The position numbers were made by a program, and so were the translations under genes. This document shows positions 25,363 to 38,633 of a stretch of 64,000 nucleotides of DNA, one piece after another. Below the pieces are notes generated by a model. It saw only the letters and a program-made list of their open reading frames with translations, ran no database searches and was not told the origin of the DNA. This DNA comes from Octopus sinensis (Eukaryota), in NCBI RefSeq assembly GCF_006345805.1, contig NC_043010.1:33728001-33792000 (forward strand), given 5' to 3'. Position 1 is the first letter of the stretch. The number at the start of each line of letters is the position of its first letter.

Positions 25363-25760
25363 TGGGCAGAATTATGATCTAAGCACATGCTAAAATTCCT
25401 CATGACTTTTGTAGTTTTACAATCCTGTCTTCTGCATAATCAAATTGATATGATTATGCAGTAAAAAAAAAAGAGAGAAATCTCCCATCCCCAATTTTAT
25501 TTTTTAATACATGGTTTTAAAATACTGACAGTACGAATCTACCATGCTGCATCAGCAATATTAGCAGACAGACAGCCGTGCAGTGGTATGATATATAGTC
25601 CAAATAGAAAAAAAGCATTCTTTTTAAGAGGGAAAATGAAGTTGGAAGAGTAGTGAAGAAGTTTTGGATACTTGTGATTGTTGTAACTGATGGTGCCATT
25701 TTTATATGTGTGTATGTGCATGTATAAAGATGTAATTAAAACAATACATATACACCCACT

Positions 25761-25808
<48 letters not shown>

Positions 25809-27510
25809 ACAAAGCCTAATGGTGTAAATTTTCTAAAACTCCTTTAGGGACAAATGGTTTTCACAATGAATTCCAATTTAATCAGAATCTACATGATCTG
25901 AAGCATTTTTGTAGAAAAGAAATATTTAATTTTCTCAAAGTTATGAAGAAGCAAATCTTTGGGGCACAATTGTGAAGATATACCAAAATATTTATATATA
26001 TATAAAAGGATGTATATAAAAGGATGTATATAAAACTAACTCTGTAAAAATGTATGTGTTTGTGTGTATATATTTGTATATTTCTGTATGCATTTATACA
26101 TGTATATGTATAAGTTTCAGAAGATATTAGAGTAATGGAATATAAGTCAATCATAATAAGAAATCTCCCAAAAATCTGTTTCCTTAATTTTTAACTATGT
26201 CGTGCTCTCTGCCACTTCCTTTCTCTCATTGCTATTACTTTCGCTCAGTCAGGGCTATTATTCTCACTACTTCTCCTTCACTGAATTACTATTTTCTCTC
26301 TTCTCCCTTCAGTTATACTATGCTTTCTCCTATTCCATCCTAGTCCTACTCTGTAATTTTGGACAAATATATATATATACACACGAGAACCGGTGCCTTC
26401 ATCGTTATATGGCCGTAAGCTGTACTCTTTCACCACTCTTTCTCCCACTCTTTCTTCTGTTGGCCTGCTCGCTTAGCCAGCGGGGTGGCGTCATTCGAAG
26501 GCTAAAACAATGCGAACACATTGTGACCAGCGATGTGTAACAACATCTGATGGTCTGGTCGGTCATGTGATCACGTGATATATACACACACAAATATATA
26601 AAAACACTACACTCATTATTATATTAGGAGATAGGGCTTTTAGAAATTTATGTCCATAACTGAACCATGAGATCTAGTTTATGCAAATGAACCCTAAAAG
26701 CCAATCAAGTTTGACACTCCTGTTGTGTGTGTGTGTGTGTAATGAACTTGTTTCAAGTGATCAAATCTTCATGCTGCACTTTAGCTCACTCTCTTCGTCA
26801 AATCAAGGTTGTCTGAACAGATGCACTGTGTACCACATGTCAGGTGTTGAAGTGATCACAGAGCCATGCACCACCTGATCTTCAAAATTAAAATCATGAT
26901 CGAGCAATCGTGGAATTACTAGATAATGAGCAATCAGGAGTGCAACACCCTAACCACTAGACCATGTGCCCTCACAAACACACAGACACACATATGCATG
27001 TACCCACACATACACAGACAGTTTTTATCGTCTTTGTGTATGTATACTTATATGTGTACTGCGTGTGAAAACTGCTGTTCACAAGTTTCCTGTTGTTGGC
27101 CAACCACAGTGCCCTTTCTCTCTTAACTGACCATTCCTTTATCTTCAAATCTTCTAATCATCTACCATCTTTTTTTTTCTTCTAACCCAGCTTCTTCTCA
27201 ATTGTTCTTAGTCTCTCTCCAGCTTTGACCCTCTACCGAATTATCTTTTCTCCCTCCTTTACCACTTACTGCCGATTTGTGCACATTTATCGATTCTCTG
27301 TCATTTCCTTTCATTCCTCACTGTGTTCAAGTTCTCCAAGGCTGAAGAAAACATCACTCTCTCTCTCTCCCCAAAGGACTTTTTCCAGAACTTCAGAAAT
27401 TCTTCCCCCAAAAGTAATGAACTGAGGAAAGAAGTAAATAAATACAATTTCTCCTGATGCAGACTACCACATGTCACTTGAGATTTGGGAATTTTGATTT
27501 TATATATATG

Positions 27511-28066
27511 TGCATATAAGGAGAGTACAGGAGGCGGTCGAAAAAGCCAGCTTCTATATATGGCTGAAGCGGGAAGACCAAAAATGGCTTGAAAGTCATA
27601 ACATGCCAGTGGGAAATAACATCATTAGGTGAGACAAGCTGACACTGAATTAGCTTCGCTGACTGACAGATAACAGTCGTTTAGAGAATGCGTGGGCTAA
27701 GACTATGTGTCTTCATTGGTCAGTTAAAATTGAGATAGTGTCACATGACAACTTGATGGGGCTGCCTGCTGGAGCCTAGCAGCAGGTATTTAAAGGGGAA
27801 AAGTTTGACAAGTCAGTCAGTCACCAGCTGACACTCGTTGACGCTACATCGAAGAGGTCAGGGAATAGAAGAAAGAAGACATGCACCCAACAACAGAGCT
27901 GAAGACACCTCCAAAAGGAAGGGGCCCCGCCACGTCAAAAGGGTAGAGGAGTAGGGGCCGAAACCAGACGTAGTTCCTCCTGATGATGTCTTGAGTTAAC
28001 TGGATCCTATAAAGGAGCTGTTGTGGTAGCAGACCACGAAACAGTTGTAATTCCTTCCTACGTGCA
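27511..28066 (+). mobile_element. Probable solo LTR in an SGCB intron
   Basis: TG...CA ends with a short inverted repeat; flanks tatg/catg; internal tatttaaa; GC-richer than its surroundings. Confidence 0.55.
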
Positions 28067-28152
28067 CATGGCTATGAGTTGGCCTTTTAAATATTCTGCC
28101 AAGAAACCAAATTCTTAGTATTCCCATGAAGAAGTTAATTCAAACAACTTAC

Positions 28153-28356
28153 CACTATGTTGGCTATAGCAACCAACAGAAGGAAAGCAACAACACAGTA
28201 GAGAACTTTCTTCTTGGAACCCCTAATACCAGTTTTGTGCAAGTATTCTTCATTGATAGGGATGAAGCCTGCTCGGAAATTTGTACGATGTTCATGATTG
28301 TTATGTTTCCTCTGGGCCTTGTCCCGCATACTCAGCTGTTGGTTCGTTGCATGGTT
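28153..28356 (-). CDS. SGCB: Beta-sarcoglycan exon encoding the cytoplasmic tail and start of the TM helix (204 nt, phase 0-0)
   Basis: ttttattccacag|AACCAT...ATAGTG|gtaagt; SMRDKAQRKHNNHEHRTNFRAGFIPINEEYLHKTGIRG vs human SMREKAVERRSVNKEHNSNFKAGYIPIDEDRLHKTGLRG. Confidence 0.96.
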
Positions 28357-28589
28357 CTGTGGAATAAAAAAAACAACAACCAAATGAGAACATTTCAGCA
28401 ATAATTTGTAGGGTGGAGGTGCAGGAGATCACCTGCCATCTTGCTGGGACCTCTTAAGTGGCAGATAAATAAATGTAAATGATATCAATGTTGTAAAGGG
28501 TTTAAAATACATGTTTTTAGTGCTGAATTGATGGACAAGTAATAAATCTCCTTCCACTGAAAATAAGGAACATCTGATCTATCTCAGAC

Positions 28590-28875
28590 AATATTTCCAA
28601 ATATGGTGGGTGGGGCATCGTTTCCCATTCAAACTACTCCAGCCTTTGGAATGTCATCCTGACTGTATTTGGCTGAGCATTATCCTGATGGAAGAACATC
28701 TTTCGTCTTGAAACCGAAGATCGTTGATTTTCTTCTAGCACTGGCTTAAACCATTGAAGCTGCTCACAGTAGATCTCCTTTATCATTTGGTTTGGGTTTA
28801 AAAGTTCAAAGTGAACTAAACTATTCATATCCCACCACATATAATCAAAAACATTCCATCATAAGTAATTCAACC
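28590..28875 (-). mobile_element. Mariner transposase fragment
   Basis: WWDMNSLVHFELL...FFHQDNAQPNTVRMTFQRLE; same family as 58357-59119. Confidence 0.8.
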
Positions 28876-29681
28876 TCTTTATTTTTCTTTGATTACATTA
28901 TCCAAGATGCCGTTCACTTTTTTTAAAGACAGTAAGATGTGATTTAAGAGAAGTTTGGTCAGTTTCTACAAACTAGTTTTGGATGCCATGTGTTCAACTA
29001 GAACCATTAAAAATTTAACAAAAATTACTACAGTTTTAACAAAACTGGCCACCTTTAGGAACTATTTCCTCACAAATATTTTTTCTTGCTTAAAGAAAAA
29101 CATTGTTCGTAGGGAAATTCCACAATATACCTCCAGCATTTAATTTTATATAGACAAAAAGAAAAAAAACTATAAATGCTTAATTCAATTTCACTGTTCC
29201 TTCATTTAGGTTTAAAAAATAAGATACCAGTCAATTATTGGAGATTGGTTTAATATTCTTTCTTATACTATGTGAAGGCTTGGTTAGATGGGAGTTGAAC
29301 AATTTTGTAGGGCTGCTTTAGGACCTGCCAATTATTCAACAAGTCCATTTGAAGTTTTCAAGGAAACCATTTATTTATACATAAACATTACACTGATTAC
29401 AATAGTTATTTGCTGGAAGCTGTATTGCTGATTACCAATAGTGAATTATGTATGCATGCTAGCTAGGAAGGACAGCTACATTTTCATGCTATGAGAAGCA
29501 GGAAAATTCTGTTTATTGTAGACAAACCATTCTGTTTAATCCTTTGTCAAGCAGTGACCAAGAAACTGGTCTTCTCACCAATCTCAGTTGTGACGCGCAT
29601 CTCTATTTATAACCATGACTGGAGGGAAAGTCGAGGAAAATTTCATTGTGTGTACAATTGCAAATGAATAATATTAGTCAC

Positions 29682-30090
29682 GGATCTTTTCGGTTTGAAC
29701 GGCAGTTTTTTAAAATAATTTCCACATAACTAAACACTTTTAAACTTCGTATACTGGTAGAATGTGTTTATAAAACATCTTTTCTCTTGGCTTTATTGAG
29801 AAAATTCTATAGTTTGTAAGATATTTGTTGTTTTTTTTCTTCAATTTCTGCAATTTCAACCAATCAATGACGTCTATTGAGGTGAAAACATTCTGTGCCG
29901 TATGAAAATGTCCCTCGTTTAAGAAACAGATTGGGTTTATTTACATTTCTGAAGAAAAAAAGATAACCTTCCCCCGCCCCTAACCCTAACATAGATTGAA
30001 ATGCAATAGATCGATACTAGGGTCATAATTATGGGTGACAATTTCATATGACACCGCTAGAAAAAACTGCCGTTCAAACCGAAAAGATCC
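29682..30090. mobile_element. Merlin-like MITE (409 bp)
   Basis: ~29-bp TIRs ggatcttttcggtttgaacggcagttttt / aaaaactgccgttcaaaccgaaaagatcc; 8-bp TSD ttagtcac/ttggtcac; GG termini; internal ccctaac repeats. Confidence 0.75.
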
Positions 30091-30990
30091 TTGGTCACGA
30101 TCGAGGACAAGTCACCAGATATGCTGCTGCTGCCCGTTTATCATAATTTAGCTAACAGTTTCAAATTTAAACCCTTCAACAAGTGCTGCTGACATGAGAA
30201 TGAAATAAAATATTATAGATACAAGGGCGGGATTTGAACTCAGAATTCCACTTTTTCTCTACAGTATGTTTTTATCCTAGGGAAATCTTAACGTTAAAAA
30301 AATAACTAAATGTTATTTCAGTGAAACAAAGTAAAATTAAGAAAACGTGTTTTTACTGAGCAGTAGTCAACTTGCCATCGTCATTTAACAAACATGGCAG
30401 TGACAGTAAACAAGAGTTCTACAACAGAGCGTTTTTTGTTCGGTTTCATTTTCCCTCTTCTTTCAGTATCATTTATTTTCCTTCTGCTCTTTTATAAATG
30501 TGGACATGTTGAACAATTATTTTTAACAATGTTCAAGTAACTTCTAAACTTCGCGTGATTGTTTTCCTTCCTTCCTTAATAAAAACGACTTGGACTTGCC
30601 CTCACACTGATCTGTATTTATACTACCTAGATTTATAGATCCGTAAATCGGTTAAAATAACAACCCTTAACTGCAGCATTAAACTTAAACAGAGCCAACG
30701 AAAGCAAACAAGATATAAGTATTGTCGAAGATTAGATCATAGTATTCGCATTTGCGATATTCCATAATGTCTTTAAATTCCCGTTTAGGAACTTCCTTTA
30801 ACTGCAGTTAGATTCAAATGATTAAAAAAAAACTGAAGCCATAATAAATGGAGAAATTGCAAGTAAAAGATGCTAAATGTCTCAAACGACTAACAAAAGA
30901 GAACACATAAAACAATATTATTCTAAAGGAACAATGAATAAACTAAAGATAGAGTGGTTACTACTAGAATGCTTTTGTTTGTAAGCTTAC

Positions 30991-31026
30991 TTCATGAATG
31001 ACGTGGAGCTCAACAACAGCGAACAT
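30991..31026 (-). CDS. SGCB: Candidate SGCB first coding exon (MFAVVELHVIHE)
   Basis: ATG, 12 codons, GAA|gtaagc phase-0 donor; would give a 320-aa protein (human 318 aa). No homology support. Confidence 0.35.
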
Positions 31027-32853
31027 TTGAACGCTGCAAATGTTTATATACTCTTATAAATTGATAATCAACAACAAAAAAAACGCATTTCTTTTAAAAG
31101 CTCGAAATGAGGTTAAATGTCGTGAACATGTGCTTGTGTATGCAACCACATTATTCAAGATTGTTTATATTTTTATAAGAAACTTTACACGATTGACATT
31201 AGCGGGTTAAGAAGGAGAGATGAGTAAATCTTGATGAATTGTTGAATAACAATTAAACATGTTTGTTTAGTTTGATCTTCATCTTCTTGGAAAGGCCTTC
31301 GTGAGGTTAATTTCACAAGACCAAATACACACGGGTATGTGTCAATTATGAACTAACAGGATGCCGAAACATTTTTTCTTTTTAACAATTGTTCTTCCGA
31401 GTGACTATTTTAATCAAAACTAACCCACCCCGTGTCGAATTCTGTTTCATAAACGTCCATATCTCCATTCTGATGCATAAATTTGTAAATCTTCATAAAG
31501 ATTTCGAGAGGGAGTTTCGGAATAGCCATCACTAACCTCATGAAGAACGAAAAAGGGCGGGGGTGGATTGATGTTAAAATTTTTTTTTAATTCTAAGAGT
31601 TTTAATTTCTAAACATAAAACTCTTTCTGAATCGTAAATCCTGCTGTGTGAAATACAGGGATACTAAAACAATGAAGGAAAAACTACCCAATTCCTTGCC
31701 CCTTTTCTTTCCCCATGAGATAGTGACAACCATTCAAAACTCTACCAATTTCGATTTTGCTATCGATTTCTCCTCACAGTTAAACTTGTTTGTAACGGAA
31801 CACACCAACGAGCATTGTAAGAAGAATATTAGAGCTAGCACTCAGGTAATCTTCAAAATTCTGCTACTATGATCTAAAACAAAAATTCCTAAGAAACTGT
31901 ATATTGATTTTGTAGGTATTCGAACCACAACCACAAGATATTCAGTTAGGGATCACGAGTGAGCCACCACAATTTCACGTGATTGATCTATAAATTGACC
32001 AATCAGCGCAAAGCTGGAACGTGATATGGCTCTTTAGACGATCTAATATTCGCCCCTTTTCCACCCTACAAAAACCGTTTGGCGCATAACTTAGCCAGAC
32101 GGTCTTCTACATTCGCATAGACCACCTTGGGCACTCACAGAAGGCAGACCACTAAGACCAGACTACGTCGAGCAAGAAACAACTTTGGACACTCACACAT
32201 GATGTACCACACCTAGTATTCTATAAGACACAGCGCGGTTCTCCTCCCAGTCGGCGATTATATTATCAGCATCTTTCTTTTGTAAACAGCCAACGCAGTA
32301 AATCATGCCCAGCAATATGTTTAAAGTTCTTGAGTTGCTTCATTTATTATACATGCAGCCAGCTACAACACACGACAATGGTCTTCAACCAACATCTACA
32401 TCAACAAGCAACCACCACAACAATGGCAAACAATCCACTTCGCGGCAATTTTTTTTATGTCTCTTAATGATTGGAAAATTTTATCTTCTAATCCAAATTA
32501 GCAATTGTTGGATAACTTCGAAGTTCTTGATGATTAAGAAACAATACATTCAAATATTTATAACATAAACTTCTCCCAATAAAAGTATCGGGCAACCTTG
32601 AAATCCCTTGGGGAATCTGATGATCAGCAATGCATTTAAATATTTATAACATATTAAACTTCTCTCAATATACAAAAAGTTGAACGCTTTTTGTTTTCTA
32701 GACCTCAATATTTTATAATAAAACATGTAAACTTCCCAAGAGATATCACAATTAGTGTCAACGCTATCGAACTTTCTAACACCTACAAATTCTCTTTGTC
32801 TTATTACCATTGTTGCTAACACACATTCATTCCAATGCATCCTTTCCCCACTT

Positions 32854-34879
32854 TGTTTATCTGAGTTGGCTGTGGTCTGACGATGATTTGATCGTTATTT
32901 CTAGTCGAAAACCCACTTTCTGTAAACGACCGTGCGAAGTGAGGTGACGCGAATGGCTTCTTTGCACATTACACGGTCGATACAATAAATATGAAAAGAA
33001 TAAATGCGTATATGTGTCAGAAGGAAAAGAGAGACACAACCGGGTAGAATGTTTAAGAGATTTTATTAGTAGTGTTACGGAATCCCCGCGAAAGTTGCTA
33101 CGGAATCCCACCTGCCGTCGCTCAAACTCGAACTCGGGATCCCAACAAGTCGAGCGACGACGATTGACCAGGCCCGAACGATCGGCGAATGTTCGTCACG
33201 GAACCCAGAGAGGAGAGAGACAACAACAGCAGCAGCAGCAAGAAGAGACACAGAGGCAATCGGCCTACATTTAACGACAGTTTATAACACTTTATAATTG
33301 TTACAACATCAAATACATATCAGATACATCAAAGAGGAAATACATGCAAGTAACAACACATCAAATGCAATAACAACAGCATTTCAAGAAAACAACAAAT
33401 TAATACAGGTATACAACAGATCACAGCATTCGGGTACAATAACGGTTCAGATTGATGCAATATACAGTCCGGAGACAACAGTTCTGTTTCAAATCACATT
33501 AACGTTACAGTTCAAATCACATTAAAGGCATATATGTTCAATGTTCATTAAAGACTACAACAGAGCCTTTCTTTTTCTCTCTTTCTTTTACATAGGTAAC
33601 ACAACTCAATAATCAACACATCAACAAGTCCTTTACTCACTTCTGTAACAGTTCGTTATAGTCTCTTTACATAATTCACATATCAACACATACCGTTACA
33701 TCAGCCAATGCCTCACAATGCCTAACCCTCTGTATATCTCTCTCTGTCACAGCAGAACAAACCATTACTAACTCGCTGTACAATCCAACTGCCAACTGCT
33801 TGCCCTGAATCCCAAATCCTGACTGTCTCTCTCACTCACAAACTGAACTGCTTATTTAAGGGGTGTCTACAACGAACTTTCCCTGACCGGCACAAGGCCA
33901 AAGGTCCCCTAAAAGCTCATTACTCTTTCTAAAACAAAGGACTATAACTTTGTATTGTAGACTTTCAGTCTCCAAACCAAGCAAAGTAGGTCAAGAAGTA
34001 CTGTACCAGCTGAACTATTCACAACAATAGGTTACCATGTGTGTCTGTGTGTGCGTCATATATACATAATAATAGACAGGCCGTCATGAGAACAAAGTGT
34101 GTGCATACAAACATGGATGTATGCGTGTGCAATAAGTACAGAGCATTGAAAGAGTCTATAATATGACGTTAGAAGGATGTTCAGACACAAGAATGATAAA
34201 TAACAGTTCGTCGTTAAGGTACACAATAGTTGAAATGTTGTATCAAGAAGTTGTGGCAATAATGCAGAGCCTATTGAGGTATATGTCGTACGTGAAGTCA
34301 TGGCTACGATGCTGCTGCCGGTCACTTGGTACAAGAAGTTCTCGCAGGTTGTATTTGCTGCTAATCAAGGTGAAGTAATTCACAAACAGTGTTGTGTTAG
34401 AACTTGTGCGAATGTTGCTGGTTGCTGTGTACGTAGAGAGATGATGTTGATGTTAAGACGAATGGTGGCGACAGAGATGTGAGGTTGCTGAATGCTGCTG
34501 GACGAAGTTGATGGGTCTCCATGTGGCTGCTGTTGTGTTGTCGTTGGAACTGGCTGTGTCCTGTGTGGTCAGTGGCTAGACCTTAAAAGGTCTGGAACCG
34601 AAAGATCTCGACTCGATGTGGAGCTAGAGTTTTATAGGGTGCAGTCGGCTCACCGGAGGTTTAGAAGAGACTGTCTCATGTGACCTTATCAGAAGGCTGC
34701 GATTGGTTGGGTTGCATATTGGCGCGCAATAGAGCAAGAGACAAGTTGCGTCAATACCAACCAGAGTAGTGGACACAACAGGGTCCAAAAGGGCGGCCGA
34801 AGGTTAGCAGTTATCTACTACGTCCGTATTTATGTATATATAACAGAGAGAGAGGAATTTCTCTCAAGCGTACGCAACA
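32854..34879 (-). mobile_element. LTR-like element interrupted by the solo LTR at 33073-34026
   Basis: Minus strand has CCAAT and cctataaaa near 34630-34710 and AATAAA near 33062-33067, on the far side of the insert; TG/CA-type ends are possible but no TSD was found, so boundaries are uncertain. Confidence 0.4.
33073..34026 (-). mobile_element. Solo LTR (954 bp)
   Basis: TGTTAC...ACAACA termini; 4-bp flanks gtag/atag; internal TATA-like ttaaataag on minus. Confidence 0.6.
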
Positions 34880-35744
34880 GATCCAGCAGATCTTTGACTA
34901 AAGACGTTCCAGTTGAAACTATCTCATCTTTTTCTTCATATAATGTATCGATTATCACAATATCTAATGTCCTGTCTCTTGAAAGTAGAAAAACTCGAAT
35001 TATTCGTCTACGATTTCTACAATCTCAAGCTACCTTCCCTGACTTATTACTAACCATTAATAATGCAGAGTATATTCCACACAAACATCACCTTTTGTTA
35101 AATTAGGGTTATAACAGTTGACTTCAACTCCATTTTCGATCACACGTAAATTTATTATGCGTGTAGATCCCCATTTCAGCCAATCAGAACTTTTTATTCA
35201 CATGATAGGTTCTAGAATTTTCTTTCAATGAAGGCATTAAATAGAGGCTTTTCGTGCGAGAAAACAGTGAATTCGGATTTCGCTGAATTCAGTCCCAGAC
35301 GAATTCCTCTCGGTAATAGCTATTTTTACGGCTTCATACTCAAACCAGCGCAATACTCTCAATAACTGATTTTATGGTTATATACCCAACCCAGAGATGG
35401 ATGACGAATCTACGCAGCCATACGTAATTGCAGCGATATGAAAAGCCAGTCTAATCGTCAATTATCTGTTGAAAATCTTCAGCACCTGTAAAACACGATG
35501 TTCTTATAAGACTAATTCTTTCTGTATTGCATGAAGTCTTGTAATAACGTAGCAATAAATTCTGTATATAAACTGACACCAAGTCTTTGTCATAATTAAC
35601 GCTACAAGGTAGATGATTACCTAAACGCAGATTTCATAACTTATTATATATATATGATTTTGATTTTTCCAGTTTCAGCTCATGAGCTGTGGCCATGCTG
35701 GGGCACCGCCATTTGGTTTGCTACATGATTTTACCTCACGAATG

Positions 35745-35782
<38 letters not shown>

Positions 35783-36139
35783 GGAAGACGGCTTATATAG
35801 ACGATAATGAGAGAGTATGTTGCAATATTGGCAGGATTAAGATAACAAACACAAGAAACCAAGAAACTGAAGTTTGGAAAAGGAAACAGAATAAAAGAAA
35901 TTGTAAGATAACAACGAATATTTTAAACATTAATATACACGAACTAATGAATACCTAAGTAAGTGCTTAAAAATGCGATTGGCAGATTTGTTAGAACGTC
36001 GGACAAACTGCCGGGTCAAGTTCTTTGTTCAAATCCTGGCAAATTGTACCTTTTAACCTTTCGACTCGATGAAATAAAGTACCAGTGAGTAACTGAGATA
36101 GATTAAGTAAGCATCACTACAGAAGTGGGTTCCTAGGAT

Positions 36140-36700
36140 TTGTATCCTCATAACTTTCTATAAAATGAATACTTTTTAATGAAATTTTCTACAAATACCT
36201 TTCAGATGGTATAAATTATAACTATATCGGAATTTGTGGAAAATTTTTTAGAGGAGGATGAGAGGAGTTTCAGATAGATAACGCGCCCCGGCTTTGGTTT
36301 TTCATTTAACTTTCTGTAAAACGAATACTTTTTAAGGAAATTTTCTACAAATATTTTTCAGACTGTATAGATTACGATTATATCAGAATTTGTGGGAAAA
36401 TTTTCGGGGGAGGGTGAAAGAAGTTTCAAATAATTATCACGCATTGAAATTTGTTTGCTCATAATTTCAGAAAAATGGGTATTTTTTAATGAAAATTTCT
36501 ACAAATACCTTTCAGAAGTTGCAGATTAAGATTATATCAGATTTAGAGTGTAAAAAAAAGGGGGTAGGGCGGATATTTTGCACACCTCGAATTTGTTTCC
36601 TTCTACGTTTTTAATGTAGATTACAATTATTTTGAAAAATATACTTTTGAAGATTATTCCACTCTTCCCCTTTTAGAATTTAATTATTTTTTAAAACAAA
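36140..36700 (+). repeat. Tandem array of ~155-bp units (~3.5 copies); family recurs at 38534-38633, 41661-42440, 43130-43640, 51350-51730
   Basis: Unit core gaaattttctacaaatacctttcagatggt.tagattacgattatatc.gaatttgtgg begins at ~36165, ~36320 and ~36474. Confidence 0.8.
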
Positions 36701-36764
36701 AATGAAATTTTCCAGAACGCAGGTGTGGCTGTGTGGGAAGAAGCTTGCTTCCGATATATCGTTT

Positions 36765-37830
36765 GTTAGTCGAATTGCTGTCTTTGTATCACACGTGTTT
36801 TTTTGTTGTCTTGGCGGTGCGGCGTTTTCCCTCTTGTGTAATGGAGGGGCGTCGTGTGATGATTTGTGAAGATTTGAATTACTCTTCTTCAGACTTTGTG
36901 TCGTCTGAGGAAGAAATGGTAAAGGGTTTGAAGAAAACTGACGAAGTTAATGGAAACGAAGAATATGCAAAGGTGACGAAGAAAAAAGCGAAGATATAAG
37001 GCTGGAGGAATTGAATAAATTCAAGGAAATTATTAAAAGGGAGGGGAACGAGTAAAGGTGTCCCCCCCCCCTCCAAAGATGTTTTAAAAGAAAAAAATGA
37101 GAAAACATACTCGGTAGCAGCTAGGCAGATTAAAGTCATGTTAATGGCTCAAATAGAAAAGGCACTTAAGCCAATCTGGCAGGGAATTACCTACCTTGTC
37201 AGAGGTAGAAAATTTGGAGCAGTAGAGGTGCGGTTTCGGGAGGTAGCTACTACCAGGCTGCACTCAACAACAACATCAAAAACGGATGAAGTGCTACTTC
37301 TACCTGTATACCTTGGGAGACGTGCTTCCAGAGCTAGGGTGGAAGACACACCCCCAGAAGTGGATGTAGCCTGACTGATAGCTGCCATACTGCTAGGCAT
37401 GGAGGAAAAGGTGGTGGTCCTCCAGGCCACCAGAACACTCCACAGAAATTGGCAAGAGCAAAAAAATGGACATGGTAATACAGGTTGCCTCGGAAGATAT
37501 TGAAAGTATGGTAGAGATTATTACGGTCGGTGACGTTACACTAAAAGTCAGAGTGTTAAGGAGGATTCCGCGGTGCAATAAATGTGGCCTGAAAGGTCAC
37601 ATTAGAGCGGATTGTCCTCCACTATCTGTGAAGGCTAGGGAAAGTCAAGACCCCGAGAAAGTAGTTGACACTCCACTATGTGGAGGCATGAGAAGGAGAG
37701 TGAAACGGCACCACAGACGAAAAGAAGTACCAGCGTGGAGGAAGAGGAGGTGAACACCAGCTGGGAAACGGCGGGAAAAAAGAGAACGAAGAAGAGAAAT
37801 AAGACACGTAGTAAAGGACGATCCCCAACC
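36765..37830 (+). pseudogene. Degenerate ORF1 (gag-like) of an L1/Tx1-type LINE
   Basis: Frameshifted ORF from ATG 36841 with TYSVAAR, RRM-like GRKFGAVEVRF, the zinc knuckle CNKCGLKGHIRADC (CX2CX4HX4C) and a basic tail. Confidence 0.75.
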
Positions 37831-38198
37831 CACACCTATAGCCATTCTACTCCAACCACTCCCTACAGACACCAACCATTTCTTATATATATTTTTCCAG
37901 CTGACAGACAGACGTATAAGCACAAACATATACTTACATACACAAAAATACATAAACGTAAGTGTTTCGTGAAAACGTGTGTATTTATGTATATATGTGA
38001 GTGTGTGTGCGAGTTGTGTTCGAGTGTTTCATTGTTTCAACTCGCCTGTGGACATGAAAGACAATGGGTGTACGTGTTGTGCGTCCATGTTTTTCAAATA
38101 TCAGCTGAAAAAAAATTAAAGGTATAAAAATATATTACGGAAATTGCAAAACAAATAGTTTCTAGTGATATTCATATCCGAAAGATAACCCTAAAAAA

Positions 38199-38633
38199 CT
38201 GTGGAGTGTTCTGGTGGCCTGGAGGACCACCACCTCTTCCTCCATGCCTAGCAGTATGGCAGCTATCAGTCAGGCTACATCCACTTCTGGGGGTGTGTCT
38301 TCCACCCTAGCTCTGGAAGCACGTCTCCCAAGGTATACAGGTAGAAGTAGCACTTCATCCGTTTTTGATGTTGTTGTTGAGTGCAGCCTGGTAGTAGCTA
38401 CCTCCCGAAACCGCACCTCTACTGCTCCAAATTTTCTACCTCTGACAAGGTAGGTAATTCCCTGCCAGATTGGCTTAAGTATCACACGTGTTTTTTGGTT
38501 GTCTTGGCGGTGCGGCGTTTTCCCTCTTGTGTAATAATTATTTGAAACTTCTTTCACCCTTCCCCGAAAATTTTCCCACAAATTCTGATATAATCGTAAT
38601 CTATACAGTCTGAAAAATATTTGTAGAAAATTT
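38199..38633. repeat. Composite local duplication of three nearby segments
   Basis: 38199-38480 = reverse complement of 37164-37445; 38479-38535 = 36786-36842; 38534-38633 = reverse complement of 36338-36437; about one mismatch each. Confidence 0.92.

Noticed and set aside
27890-28056. Two CUGANGA ... GAAAC..GUA motif pairs in the solo LTR (double hammerhead?)
   Set aside because: Neither can form stem I or a convincing stem II closing pair.
30394-30525. 43-aa plus-strand smORF with a hydrophobic stretch (MAVTVNK...)
   Set aside because: The hydrophobicity follows from T-rich composition and there is no other support, although YY1-like motifs here may mark a promoter.
35380-35490. Possible minus-strand terminal exon GAEDFQQIIDD*
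   Set aside because: Too short to assess, and no phase-compatible upstream exon was found.
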